Assembly (NCBI RefSeq): GCF_030525615.1
Contig: NZ_JAUNEJ010000001.1
Location: forward strand, 688,696 to 752,695
DNA from: Cutibacterium sp.
Lineage (GTDB): Bacteria > Actinomycetota > Actinomycetes > Propionibacteriales > Propionibacteriaceae
Reading direction: 5' to 3'
Length of the DNA: 64,000 nucleotides
Part shown: piece by piece, positions 30,101 through 42,233 of the stretch
How the letters are laid out: each line of letters starts with the position of its first letter
Numbering within the stretch: position 1 is the first letter of the stretch
The notes under the pieces: model-generated
What the model was told of the DNA's origin: nothing
Seen by the model: the letters and a program-made list of their open reading frames with translations, nothing else
Database searches by the model: none
Program-made: the position numbers and the translations under genes

Positions 30101-31755
30101 ACGATCCGGTGAGGATGTTCGTCGACGATCTGGACGCCCAGGCTCGACAGGTGCGGCATGACCTGGGACAGCGTCATCGGTGCGTGCTGATTGAAGATCT
30201 TGAGGCGCAGATCAGAGGGATCGGCGGGATCATTCGGACGGTACATCACCAGTCCCAGATCGTCATCGGCCAGCCCATTGAGCAGCTCGAGATCCAACAT
30301 CCCCTGTTTAGCCGTGAATTCCTGCTTGTACTCAGGACCAAAATCGATTCCGCGACGGTTACTGTCAATACCACTGGCCAAGGCCACGAATTCGTCATCC
30401 CAGTTCGAGGTGGCGTCGGCGAGCTCAGCCTGCAACTCGTCATCGTCAATGGGAGGCAGAACCTCACCGTCAGCAACCTTGGCCGTTAACGTAATCCGGA
30501 CTAGGGAGGACTCGCCCATCATGGTGGTCGAGTCGATGTCCACAGCCCCGGTACGTTTCGCGACGATCCCTTCCACAACGCCAACCGTGTTGGCGTCGAA
30601 ACGATCGGCGGGAATAAACACAAGTAGATGGAAGAAACGCCCCCACGGGCCACGGCGAACCAATGCGTGCAGACGCTGTTTCTCGCGTAGGTTGACGATC
30701 GTCATGATGAGTGGCACGAGTTCTTCGGCCGAAGCCTCGAAAAGGTCGTCACGTGGAAACTCGGCAACGGTACGGATAACGGCCTTGCCGCCGTGAGAGT
30801 TGGCTCGGTACCCCGACAGGGCCAAGATTCGGGAAGCCTTCGCCCGAAGGACCGGAATGTGCGTGACCGACTCGGTATAGGCTGCGGACCCCAGCAGACC
30901 AATGAAGCGATGTTCGCCCACCACAGTGCCATGGTCATCGCGAATCCGAACGCCAACGTAGTCCCAATATCCGTTGCGCCGCACCGTCGAACGGACAGAA
31001 TCCTTGGTCACGACGATGGTGGATTCATCATCGCTGCGTGGGACCGCGTCAAATCGTGGTTCATCGTCGGCAATGCCCAGCCGGGTACCCGGAACCGGAG
31101 TCATGGTGTCCCCGTCAACCCGGAACTCCTCATAAGACAAATACATGAAGTGGTCGTCGGCCAGCCATTCCAAGAGCTCATGAGTCGAGTCGCGGTCATC
31201 GGCAGGTCCGGCGGAGGCACTCACCAGCTCAGCTGTTCGCACCATCGCCTCATGCATGGCTGCCCAATCGTCGGTAGCCCGAACGACCTGTTGGAGGCAA
31301 CGATGAAGATCATCATCGAGCTCAGCGGCAGCCTTACCGGTGTCGACACCAAGCGGTGCCCTGACATCGATATGTATCCACGATTCCGGTTCAAAGCCTT
31401 TGCAGCCGGGAGCCTCGACCCTCTCAACAACTCCCTCTGCGTTACGTTTGACACCAAAAATCGGATGCCGAACGTCCTCAACTCGCCACCCATGACGAAG
31501 CAGACACGAGACAACAGTGTCCACGAGGAAAGGGCGATCATCCATGACGACTTGCACACAGTTGACCTGGCCATCGGACCACGGCGGGTCAACGATGACG
31601 TCGACGCGAACTGGGCCAGGCTTCGCGGCAAGCTCTATCTGCCGTTCCATTGCCTGACGAATCGCTTCTTCGCAGCAATGATCTCCCGCAGCTTGCTGGT
31701 CGAGTACCGATGCGACAAGAGCCGGGATGACTCTGTCCGTCTCTGACACGATCAC
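27130..31755 (-). CDS. gdhB: Large NAD-specific glutamate dehydrogenase
   Basis: [78 protein letters not shown]; start approximate. Confidence 0.92.
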   Translation of the reverse strand: [1541 protein letters not shown]

Positions 31756-31890
31756 ATCACCTTCGTCACGGTGGCGAGGCCACCTCGATGTAGTCCTCGA
31801 GAAGAACTCTACAAGGGTCGATGGCTCCGCGTGACCCACCAGGCAAGGTTATGTGTGAACTGTGTCGCCATCGTCAGGCATCATGGGGAT

Positions 31891-32364
31891 ATGGACATCA
31901 ATTCACGGGCCCATTTCGACGCGACCCCCGACCAAGTCGTCGCCATGATGAGCGATCCAGCATGGTGGCAGGACGTCTACCGCCGCACGAGAGCCACCAC
32001 CAGCAATCCCGTTGTCACTGACGACGCGCTGATTCTGGACGTGGCCATGCCGGCTCCCAGCCAGGTGGCGAAGTTCGTCGGCCCCACCCTCACTGCCAAG
32101 CAAACCTTGACCTGGCAGCCTGCTCATTCGGATGGATCGCGAGAAGGTACCCTACAGATCGTTCCTCAAGGTATGCCAGCCAAGGCTGACGGACGTGCCT
32201 GCGTACGCCCCGACGGCACCGGCACCGAGGTCGTTTACACTGGCACCTTCACTGTGTCAGTGCCGCTGGTGGGCAAGAAATTGGAAAAGGCCGCCGGCCC
32301 ACATATCACTCAGGCCTTTACCATGCAGCAGCAGGCGGGCGACGATTGGTTAGTCTCTCACTGA
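31891..32364 (+). CDS. DUF2505 family (SRPBCC-like) protein
   Basis: FDATPDQVVAMMSDPAWW...VSVPLVGKKLEKAA. Confidence 0.75.
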   Translation: MDINSRAHFDATPDQVVAMMSDPAWWQDVYRRTRATTSNPVVTDDALILDVAMPAPSQVAKFVGPTLTAKQTLTWQPAHSDGSREGTLQIVPQGMPAKADGRACVRPDGTGTEVVYTGTFTVSVPLVGKKLEKAAGPHITQAFTMQQQAGDDWLVSH

Positions 32365-32394
32365 AATCACCCTTGCCTGCCACGGCGGTCGACG

Positions 32395-32892
32395 TCACTC
32401 CACTCCGGGAAAACCTTCGGGATCGGTGCCGACCGCCGGAAGCTCCTCGGTGATGTCATGCCAGGACAGCTCGTGCTCACCGATGAGAGTTTGGACGGTG
32501 ACGTCATTCCATGCGTCGTCAATGGTCATACCCTTGACTGCTGCCGCGGCAACCCGTGAGTCAGCATCATCGTCATCGGCAAACCACGCCGTAACGTTGG
32601 AGGGTTCGAGACGGGTCAACGTCACTCCGCCATTGTCGACCTCTTCGTGATCGGTAATTTGCTCGGCAGGGACATGAGCGACAAGGACCAGTCGGCGACC
32701 GGTATGAGCTAAGCCCCATACTGACCCGATGACCATGGCAGCGTGTTCGGTTTCCTCCGGATCAGTAACGTCGAGGATGGAACGCAGCTCCTTGTTAACG
32801 GTGAAGGCCGTGACCTGTTTGCCGGGCGCAGTAACGAGCTCGTGAGCTCTTTTCGCACTCGTCGGGATGAAAACGATAGTGGACGTCGACAA
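32395..32892 (-). CDS. Conserved actinobacterial protein (DUF6912-like)
   Basis: TAFTVNKELR...EETEHAAM...RRLVLVAHV...LSWHDITE; typical secA neighbourhood. Confidence 0.6.
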   Translation of the reverse strand: MSTSTIVFIPTSAKRAHELVTAPGKQVTAFTVNKELRSILDVTDPEETEHAAMVIGSVWGLAHTGRRLVLVAHVPAEQITDHEEVDNGGVTLTRLEPSNVTAWFADDDDADSRVAAAAVKGMTIDDAWNDVTVQTLIGEHELSWHDITEELPAVGTDPEGFPGVE

Positions 32893-33011
32893 TTGAACCC
32901 TCCTAGGTCAGCGTAGCCCTTGGTGCACCGGTACTCAGCTCACAACGGAAGCTTATAAGTCATATCTTGTTTCGGGCGACCCGAGGGTCTGGAATAATTC
33001 GCTCACGCGAG

Positions 33012-33020
33012 TTGTCCACA
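33012..33020 (+). promoter_or_regulatory. Single actinobacterial-type DnaA box
   Basis: TTGTCCACA in a divergent intergenic region. Confidence 0.4.
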
Positions 33021-33049
33021 GATTTCTCATCGACCCTTCCCTCCGAGGC

Positions 33050-33592
33050 ATGTCATGCGCTGTCCTAGGGCTTATGACGACGATCCCATCAGCCACGCCT
33101 TCGGCACAACGCCAGTATTCAGACATCTTCCTGGAACTTGACCGGGACTGGTGGCCCGATGAATTACGTATCGTCTCGGCAGCGCCAGCGCCGAGCGCGA
33201 CAGAAAGCAATCCGGAGGCTTATCAACAAGCTGTCAAACTGACCCGTGCCATTCACATCATCATCATTGAGACTATGGCTAGGCGACGCCCCATGTATCA
33301 GCTTATGCAAGCTTCCAGCCCTTGTGCGGCGGCGACCATGCGCGGGTGGCCCCGTGGTCCGGGCTGGAGCCGAATGCTCCTTGTTGGTGTGCCCCACGTC
33401 AATTTCGACGACGATCATGTTGAAGGGGTCGGCCTGATAGATCTGCGAGGCAGAAGGTTACCATTGGCCACCAACCTCGTTCAGCACGAGCACGTCTGGC
33501 ACCTCGACGCCGTTGAACTCGTTGTCAATCCCAAAGTGGCCGCCCTCCTCAGCGCAAAACGCATCACACAGGAGGCCGTCGGAATGGCGTAG
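33050..33592 (+). CDS. Rv3235-family protein
   Basis: ETMARRRPMYQL...GRRLPLATNLVQHEHVWHLDAVEL; convergent with secA as in other actinobacteria. Confidence 0.7.
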   Translation: MSCAVLGLMTTIPSATPSAQRQYSDIFLELDRDWWPDELRIVSAAPAPSATESNPEAYQQAVKLTRAIHIIIIETMARRRPMYQLMQASSPCAAATMRGWPRGPGWSRMLLVGVPHVNFDDDHVEGVGLIDLRGRRLPLATNLVQHEHVWHLDAVELVVNPKVAALLSAKRITQEAVGMA

Positions 33593-33641
33593 CACCGGGC
33601 GGTGTCAACACTCTCGCACCAGTGCCGACCAATCACTCACA

Positions 33642-36341
<2,700 letters not shown>

Positions 36342-36531
36342 AGGGAGGGTCCTTCAAGGAGTAGACATCGTGTCGTCCAAGCCCATGCCGGACGAGCGGC
36401 CCAGTAAAGCCGCCTCCCCTATCCTAGAGGGTCTGTGGCCAAACCAAGAACAACGGTTTTCCGCCATGACCACTTGGGGGGTGCAGATCCTCGTCGTAAC
36501 CCTCCTTTTTCTGACCACTACGACCAACGAT

Positions 36532-36567
36532 TCGGCGGCGGTACGGATAATCCCGCACCGCCGCCGA
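36532..36567 (-). terminator. Terminator-like hairpin downstream of hpf
   Basis: 11-bp perfect inverted repeat TCGGCGGCGGT...ACCGCCGCCGA, 23 bp after the hpf stop. Confidence 0.6.
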
Positions 36568-36590
36568 TGTCGCGTCGTGACGATCAAAAA

Positions 36591-37202
36591 TCATTCTTTG
36601 TCGAGATCCAGATGGATCACGCCATAGTTATAACCCTTCTTACGTCGATAAACGACGCTGGGTCGCTTGGATTCCTGATCGAGGTAGAGGAAGAAGTCGT
36701 GTCCGACCAGTTCCATCTCGTCGAGAGCCTGGGCAAGAGTCAGGGGTACGGCCTGGAAGACCTTTTCCTTGACATAGATGGGGCTGTCCCCGGTAACTTC
36801 CACGTCACCCGCGATCTTCCTGGTGGCAAGAATCTCGGGAGCATCATCGGTGCTTTCCTCGGGCGGGACGTCCAGAACCTGCGAGACACGCAGTCCACGG
36901 CGACTGCGACGACGATCAGCAGCCTTGACGAGCTGGGTGCGGAGTCGGTCGGCTGCCATGTCAAAAGCAACCATCTTGTCCTCTGCCTGCCCAACGGCTC
37001 GCACTACCGGCCCCTTTGCCCGCAGTGTGATTTCGCACGTCATGGCCTGATCTTTGGGGCCCTTGGTGCCCTGGGCAGTGAAAACCACCTCAGCGCGCTG
37101 GACCCGGTCCCTTAATTTCTCGACCCCGGAGAGCCTGTCCTCGACCTGGGTGCGCACGTCGTCACTGACGTGGCAGTGCCGTCCCGAAACGATGACATCC
37201 AT
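36591..37202 (-). CDS. hpf: Ribosome hibernation promoting factor (long HPF)
   Basis: MDVIVSGRH...CEITL...DKMVAFDMA, C-terminal LTLAQALDEMELVGHDFFLY...VVYRRK..YGVI; RBS AGGAGG. Confidence 0.92.
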   Translation of the reverse strand: MDVIVSGRHCHVSDDVRTQVEDRLSGVEKLRDRVQRAEVVFTAQGTKGPKDQAMTCEITLRAKGPVVRAVGQAEDKMVAFDMAADRLRTQLVKAADRRRSRRGLRVSQVLDVPPEESTDDAPEILATRKIAGDVEVTGDSPIYVKEKVFQAVPLTLAQALDEMELVGHDFFLYLDQESKRPSVVYRRKKGYNYGVIHLDLDKE

Positions 37203-37401
37203 GACAACCTCCTGTGGTGGGGTTCGCATCGGTGTTTCCGACGCTGATACACAAAGCACGACCGTTCGCCATCCCCCTGGCGGAGGTCAGAGCGTCAATC
37301 GGTCGTGCCATGCATTTACGCTAGCCCATAACAGGGCCTCACAACAGGTATTTGGCAAGGTTCAACGCCAGTCAACTCATCATGGTCATGTCCCGATACT
37401 G

Positions 37402-38094
37402 TCACGGCCATCTCATTGGGGTTGCAGCGTCGGCAAGCACAACAACCGACAGCACTGTTCGGCCCGCTTGGTTCAAAGCTCGGCAGGCCTCGTCAATCGT
37501 TGCCCCTGAGGTACGAACATCGTCAACCAAAATGACATCTCCCTCTCCTGCCACAGCCCTCATTGATCCGCTCTGATTGGTGCCGCGATCCTCATCACGG
37601 ACTTCAAGCTGATCGGCCACCCGTCGAGTTCTATGCAGCACCTGAGCGAGCGAAGCATTGCCAGCGCCCAAGGCCCGAAGAGCTGATCTCGCCATATCCG
37701 CAGCATGGTCAGCACCTCGTCGCCGCACTGCCCTCGCCGATGAGGGCACCGGAACGACGTCGACGTGGCCGGGGGCGGCCGCTATCGCCGGAGCAAGTCC
37801 ATAGGCCAGCCATTGGCCCAGTTCGTCGGCTAACCATGTGGCACCACGATCTTTGTGAGCTGTGACGATCCCAGGAACGGGACCGTGATAACCCATACAG
37901 GCAATGACAGGAGGCGGGCCATCAGTAATGACCCGTGGAGTTGGGTGAATTGCGCTCCGACAGGCCGCGCACACACCGACGCCCGGCTCTCCACAGCCCG
38001 GACAACATGCCCCCAGCAGCAAGTCGGCCAAGCAATCGAGTGACTTCACAATGAACCAGTGTCGCGCGTCATCGTGGTCTTTCGGAAGAGTCAA
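37402..38094 (-). CDS. comF: ComF-family phosphoribosyltransferase
   Basis: CPGC..CAAC N-terminus, VVPVPSS..AVRRRG, ILVDDVRTSGAT. Confidence 0.85.
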   Translation of the reverse strand: MTLPKDHDDARHWFIVKSLDCLADLLLGACCPGCGEPGVGVCAACRSAIHPTPRVITDGPPPVIACMGYHGPVPGIVTAHKDRGATWLADELGQWLAYGLAPAIAAAPGHVDVVPVPSSARAVRRRGADHAADMARSALRALGAGNASLAQVLHRTRRVADQLEVRDEDRGTNQSGSMRAVAGEGDVILVDDVRTSGATIDEACRALNQAGRTVLSVVVLADAATPMRWP

Positions 38095-39872
38095 GCTGTC
38101 ATCGCGACTGCACTAGCCCCTTGCAGAATCTGGCGCCACCGGAATCTCTCCTCGTGACGAAGGAGCTTTCCGTCCGCAGTGAGTACGACAGCTTCGGTTC
38201 CGGTTTTCATCGGTACTGCTACCACGGATTGCACATCCGTTCCGCTGAGCGGCCCCATAGAGGTCGCCCCTGAGCCATCGACGATCACCTCATATGGTGC
38301 CGTCACCCCAGCCTTTATTGCGCTGCCCAGCAGGCACAACCGGGTTTGAGAAAGCCAGGCGACGTCGGTGATCCTTGACAGATTCGCGTCTGATGAGGAC
38401 AGCGGCATATCGACGATGTGGCCGAGATGGACGACGTTATCCTTTCTGGAAAGCAGGCCGATACCCAGTCCAGACTTCTTCCCGTGCGTGAGGACCAGGG
38501 CAACACGGATGCCGTCGGGTGAGACGCTGAACGACGTCACTGTTCGGCCCCCAAGGTCAACGACGGTCGACAACCGGGTTCCGTCCGGGCCAACGACGAT
38601 GAGTGTCGGATCGATGGTCGAGAATGTCATCACGCTGTGATCGACGAGAATTTGCGGACGGAGCAGATGTTTCCCTGTGGCAATGACATCAGTCTGGGCA
38701 CTGCCTTCCCGCCATGACAGCAGTGATCGTCGATCTGCCGAGACGGCGCGCCACACTCCACCTGGGTCACTCACAGTGGCACCGGGCATGGCGAATTGAG
38801 TCGAGGCAACAGCTGATACGCCGGTCTTCGGGCGGGCATTCTTACCCAGTGCTCCGGGCATGATCTGAAAGGGTTGCCCGGATGTGTTGACACGTCCCAT
38901 CTGGCCCTTGACGACAGCCACAACGGTCGGGGAAACGGCTGTAGGAAGCGGTATGAAGTCGGCGTAGAGATCTGCCGACACGGTGTTGTCCTCAGCAGCC
39001 TCAGGGAGGGGCAGCAAAGACCCACCTGCGGTGAATCGGATACGCGAGATAGCCGCGAACCCGCTGAGGGTCCAGCTGACTTGGCTGGCCAGCAGCCGAC
39101 GCTGAGCCTCCGAGAGCTGAGCAGCCGACGCGCTCAATGGCACAGTGACGACGCCTACTGCGTCAACTGAGGTCGTGCCGAGGATTCTCACTTCTGATGG
39201 CAATGCCGTTCGAAGTGCTGGTTTCACGTGTTCCGGCACTCCTGCCGCCATCGCCCTGAGTGCTGCGTCAGGGGTGGCCGCCAAACTCGGCAGGTGAATG
39301 ATGTCGGGAACCAGACGGTCCACATCGGCAGCCAAGAAATAGATCGGAATCGTCGACCACGCGCGTTGGAAGGTGTATTGCGAGACCAACAGCCCTTTGG
39401 GCGGGTGGGATATTCGCCATTGCCCCGCTTCTTGGGCCATGCCGAAGTCATGTTTCAGGGTTTGGGAATGGGCCGGGTGATAGTGACCGTCGCCATCAAT
39501 CGTCCCAACGATTGGAGCCTGGAGAGAGGCCGTCGCCACCGTGCTCGTCGGTTTGTGGTTGGTGGCCTCATAGATGGTTGCTCCGGCATGGGGATCCCAG
39601 CGGTCCGCCATGTCTTTCGTGAGGTAGGCACGGGCGACGCGATAGTCGTCGCGGGCGCTCATCATGGCTTGCAGAAAACCGCCTACCACAAGGTCAATTG
39701 ACGCTCCGTCCGCAGGAGGCTCGGGAGCGACATCAATCCCCTCCCGTTGAGCAGCAGAATCATTGGGATTGTCAACACGCTTGACCGGTCCCGTGGATGG
39801 CACCTCGGCGCACCCTGCTAGCAGGAGGGCGGCCCCCGACAGCACCGCGCGGCGTGTGGGACGCAATGTCAT
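38091..39872 (-). CDS. lpqB: Lipoprotein LpqB
   Basis: Signal TRRAVLSGAALLLAGC, GerMN-like region, SPDGIRVAL beta-propeller; downstream of mtrB. Confidence 0.88.
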   Translation of the reverse strand: MTLRPTRRAVLSGAALLLAGCAEVPSTGPVKRVDNPNDSAAQREGIDVAPEPPADGASIDLVVGGFLQAMMSARDDYRVARAYLTKDMADRWDPHAGATIYEATNHKPTSTVATASLQAPIVGTIDGDGHYHPAHSQTLKHDFGMAQEAGQWRISHPPKGLLVSQYTFQRAWSTIPIYFLAADVDRLVPDIIHLPSLAATPDAALRAMAAGVPEHVKPALRTALPSEVRILGTTSVDAVGVVTVPLSASAAQLSEAQRRLLASQVSWTLSGFAAISRIRFTAGGSLLPLPEAAEDNTVSADLYADFIPLPTAVSPTVVAVVKGQMGRVNTSGQPFQIMPGALGKNARPKTGVSAVASTQFAMPGATVSDPGGVWRAVSADRRSLLSWREGSAQTDVIATGKHLLRPQILVDHSVMTFSTIDPTLIVVGPDGTRLSTVVDLGGRTVTSFSVSPDGIRVALVLTHGKKSGLGIGLLSRKDNVVHLGHIVDMPLSSSDANLSRITDVAWLSQTRLCLLGSAIKAGVTAPYEVIVDGSGATSMGPLSGTDVQSVVAVPMKTGTEAVVLTADGKLLRHEERFRWRQILQGASAVAMTA

Positions 39873-41455
39873 CGCTCCTCCATTGACTCGGTGTCGCCGA
39901 CATCACTCGGTGCGGCTGGCAGAGGGGATTCGACGATGACTCCGTCAGCCTCTCTCGGAAGGACAAGTCGGAAAAAGGCTCCTTGGCCGGGACGTCCCCA
40001 CGCCGTCAACCAGCCGTGGTGGAGCTCGGCGTCCTGACGAGCAATAGCCAGGCCAAGACCACTACCTCCCACGGTGCGTACTCGGGAGGGATCTCCACGC
40101 CAGAATCGACCAAACACTTTGTCTGCCTGCCATGGCTCGAACCCGACTCCATGGTCACGAACGGCAACGCCCACAGCACAGTCGTTGCCGACAACGGTCA
40201 CCTCAACGGGTTTTCCCTCGGCATGTTCGACAGCGTTCGACAACAAGTTTCTGATGATCCGGCTAATGCGTCGTGGATCGACTTCAGCGGTCTGAGTTGT
40301 CTCAGCGCTCAGTGTGATGGGAACTCTTAGACGTTCTGCAAGCGGAGTCACGTCGGTAATCTCGGCACGCACGAGCTCGCTAATGTTGCAGTCCTCCAAC
40401 GTCAGCTGGGCAGCGCCCGCGTCATACCGGGAGATCTCCAGCAAATCGGCCAGCAGAATCTCGAAGCGTTCCATCTGAGTTCGCATCAGCTCCACCGAGC
40501 GTGCCTGGACTGGGTCGTCAGGATCGGCCTCAATCATGTCGGCGGCCATCCGCATTGTCGTCATGGGGGTGCGTAACTCGTGAGAAACGTCCGAAACGAA
40601 CTGCTGTTGCAGCGTCGACAACCTCTCCAATTCGCCAATTCGCCGATCCAACTGAGCTGCCATGTCATTCATCGACCTGGCAAGGGTCGCGAGCTCATCG
40701 GTTCCCCGCACTGCCATCCGCTCATCCAGCGCCCCGCCAGCCAGTCTCGAGGCTGTGATCGAAGCTTGTCGAATAGGTTGAGATAAATGACGCGTCGCGA
40801 CATAGGTTACAAGCGCAATAGCCAAAGCCATGAGGGCTCCGACACTGATGACGCTGCGGCGTAGCAGTTCGACGGTAGCAACCTCCTGGGTCTCGGGAAA
40901 AATGAGGTAGACCGGAATGGACTGGCTGGCTCCAGGGGACCATAGGGTGGAGCCGACGACGATTGCAGGAGCGTCAGGACGCAGGTGATCGGTGTAATGA
41001 ACTGTGGTCGGCGCAGTCCACATACCGTTGGACTCCCCTACCTTCGCGGTGAGCTCAGCGGGGACGGAGTCCGGCGAGACTCCTTGGGAGATGAGTCCGG
41101 AAACAGGCCCCTGAATGAGAACGTGATACTGCCCAGACTGTTCTGCGGCGTCGTCGGCAAGTTGATTGAGAAGCTCGTAAAGGGAGGCAGTTCTCAGATC
41201 GGTGTCGCGCAGCTGACCTTGAATACGGTTAATTGTCGTGGTCGTCTCCGCAATGGCTGAAGCGCGTTTTGCCTCAACGATTCCTGCGGTGGCTTGGCGC
41301 ATCAGGAAAAACCCACCGACGATAAGAATGACCAAACTGCTCGACAACGTGATAATCACCATGCGCAACGGCAGTGATGACCACCACAGTCGCCGTGGTC
41401 CAGCAAGCCAGGATGTTAACCAACTAGGGCGTGGGCAGCGGCCAGCACGCCGCAC
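39869..41455 (-). CDS. mtrB: Sensor histidine kinase MtrB
   Basis: HAMP domain, QQQFVSDVSHELRTPMTT, RNLLSNAVEH, GGSGLGLAIA. Confidence 0.9.
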   Translation of the reverse strand: MRRAGRCPRPSWLTSWLAGPRRLWWSSLPLRMVIITLSSSLVILIVGGFFLMRQATAGIVEAKRASAIAETTTTINRIQGQLRDTDLRTASLYELLNQLADDAAEQSGQYHVLIQGPVSGLISQGVSPDSVPAELTAKVGESNGMWTAPTTVHYTDHLRPDAPAIVVGSTLWSPGASQSIPVYLIFPETQEVATVELLRRSVISVGALMALAIALVTYVATRHLSQPIRQASITASRLAGGALDERMAVRGTDELATLARSMNDMAAQLDRRIGELERLSTLQQQFVSDVSHELRTPMTTMRMAADMIEADPDDPVQARSVELMRTQMERFEILLADLLEISRYDAGAAQLTLEDCNISELVRAEITDVTPLAERLRVPITLSAETTQTAEVDPRRISRIIRNLLSNAVEHAEGKPVEVTVVGNDCAVGVAVRDHGVGFEPWQADKVFGRFWRGDPSRVRTVGGSGLGLAIARQDAELHHGWLTAWGRPGQGAFFRLVLPREADGVIVESPLPAAPSDVGDTESMEER

Positions 41456-41463
41456 TCGGGGGA

Positions 41464-42183
41464 TCAGCTCTCCTCCCCGGGGGCACTAATGCGGTATCCG
41501 ACCCCACGCACGGTCACGATCATGCGCGGGCAATCAGCGTTTATCTCCACCTTTGAGCGCAGCCGCTGCACGTGAACATTCACCAAACGGGTGTCAGCAT
41601 TACTTGTGTATCCCCAGACGTCTCGAAGCAGGGTTTCTCGGCTGAAAACCCTGTTGGGATGCTGAGCCATCGTCACAAGCAGGGAATATTCCAGCGGCGT
41701 CAAGGAAATCTCTTCCCCACCGCGCTGCACGACATGGGCCGCTGGGTCGATAGTCAGGTCCCCGACGCTGATAATTCCGCCCTCATCGCGTTGCGGAGTA
41801 CGCAGACGGGCACGAATACGGGCAACAAGTTCAGCAGAGCGAAAAGGCTTTGAGACGTAATCGTCGGCACCTGCTCCCAACCCATGAACGACGTCAGTGG
41901 TGTCAGAGCGTGCTGTCAGCATGATGATCGGGATCCCGGACTCACGTCGAATGTCGTGACAGACATGGATGCCATCACGTCCTGGAAGCATGAGGTCGAG
42001 CAGAACAAGTGCAGGTTTGCACTGTCGGAAGATGTTCATGACGTCATTGCCGTCGCCAACCCATACAGTCGAGAATCCCTCTTTAGCAAGGACGAGCTGA
42101 AGCATCTCGGCCAAGGCCGGGTCGTCATCCACGACGAGAATTGGCCCTTGCTCATCGGTCGCACCCACCACAGACCTCCTCAC
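41464..42183 (-). CDS. mtrA: OmpR-family response regulator MtrA
   Basis: VVDDDPALAEML, LLDLMLPG, ADDYVSKPF, DTRLVNVHVQRLRSKVE. Confidence 0.92.
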   Translation of the reverse strand: MRRSVVGATDEQGPILVVDDDPALAEMLQLVLAKEGFSTVWVGDGNDVMNIFRQCKPALVLLDLMLPGRDGIHVCHDIRRESGIPIIMLTARSDTTDVVHGLGAGADDYVSKPFRSAELVARIRARLRTPQRDEGGIISVGDLTIDPAAHVVQRGGEEISLTPLEYSLLVTMAQHPNRVFSRETLLRDVWGYTSNADTRLVNVHVQRLRSKVEINADCPRMIVTVRGVGYRISAPGEES

Positions 42184-42233
42184 TCATTCCCGGATGATCG
42201 ATATCGTAGCCCTCAGTGACTTGTGCCCATCGA

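Noticed and set aside
36354-36467. SecM-like arrest uORF upstream of secA (MAENRCSW...MSTP)
   Set aside because: No RBS at suitable spacing and no recognisable arrest motif; cannot be supported without conservation data.
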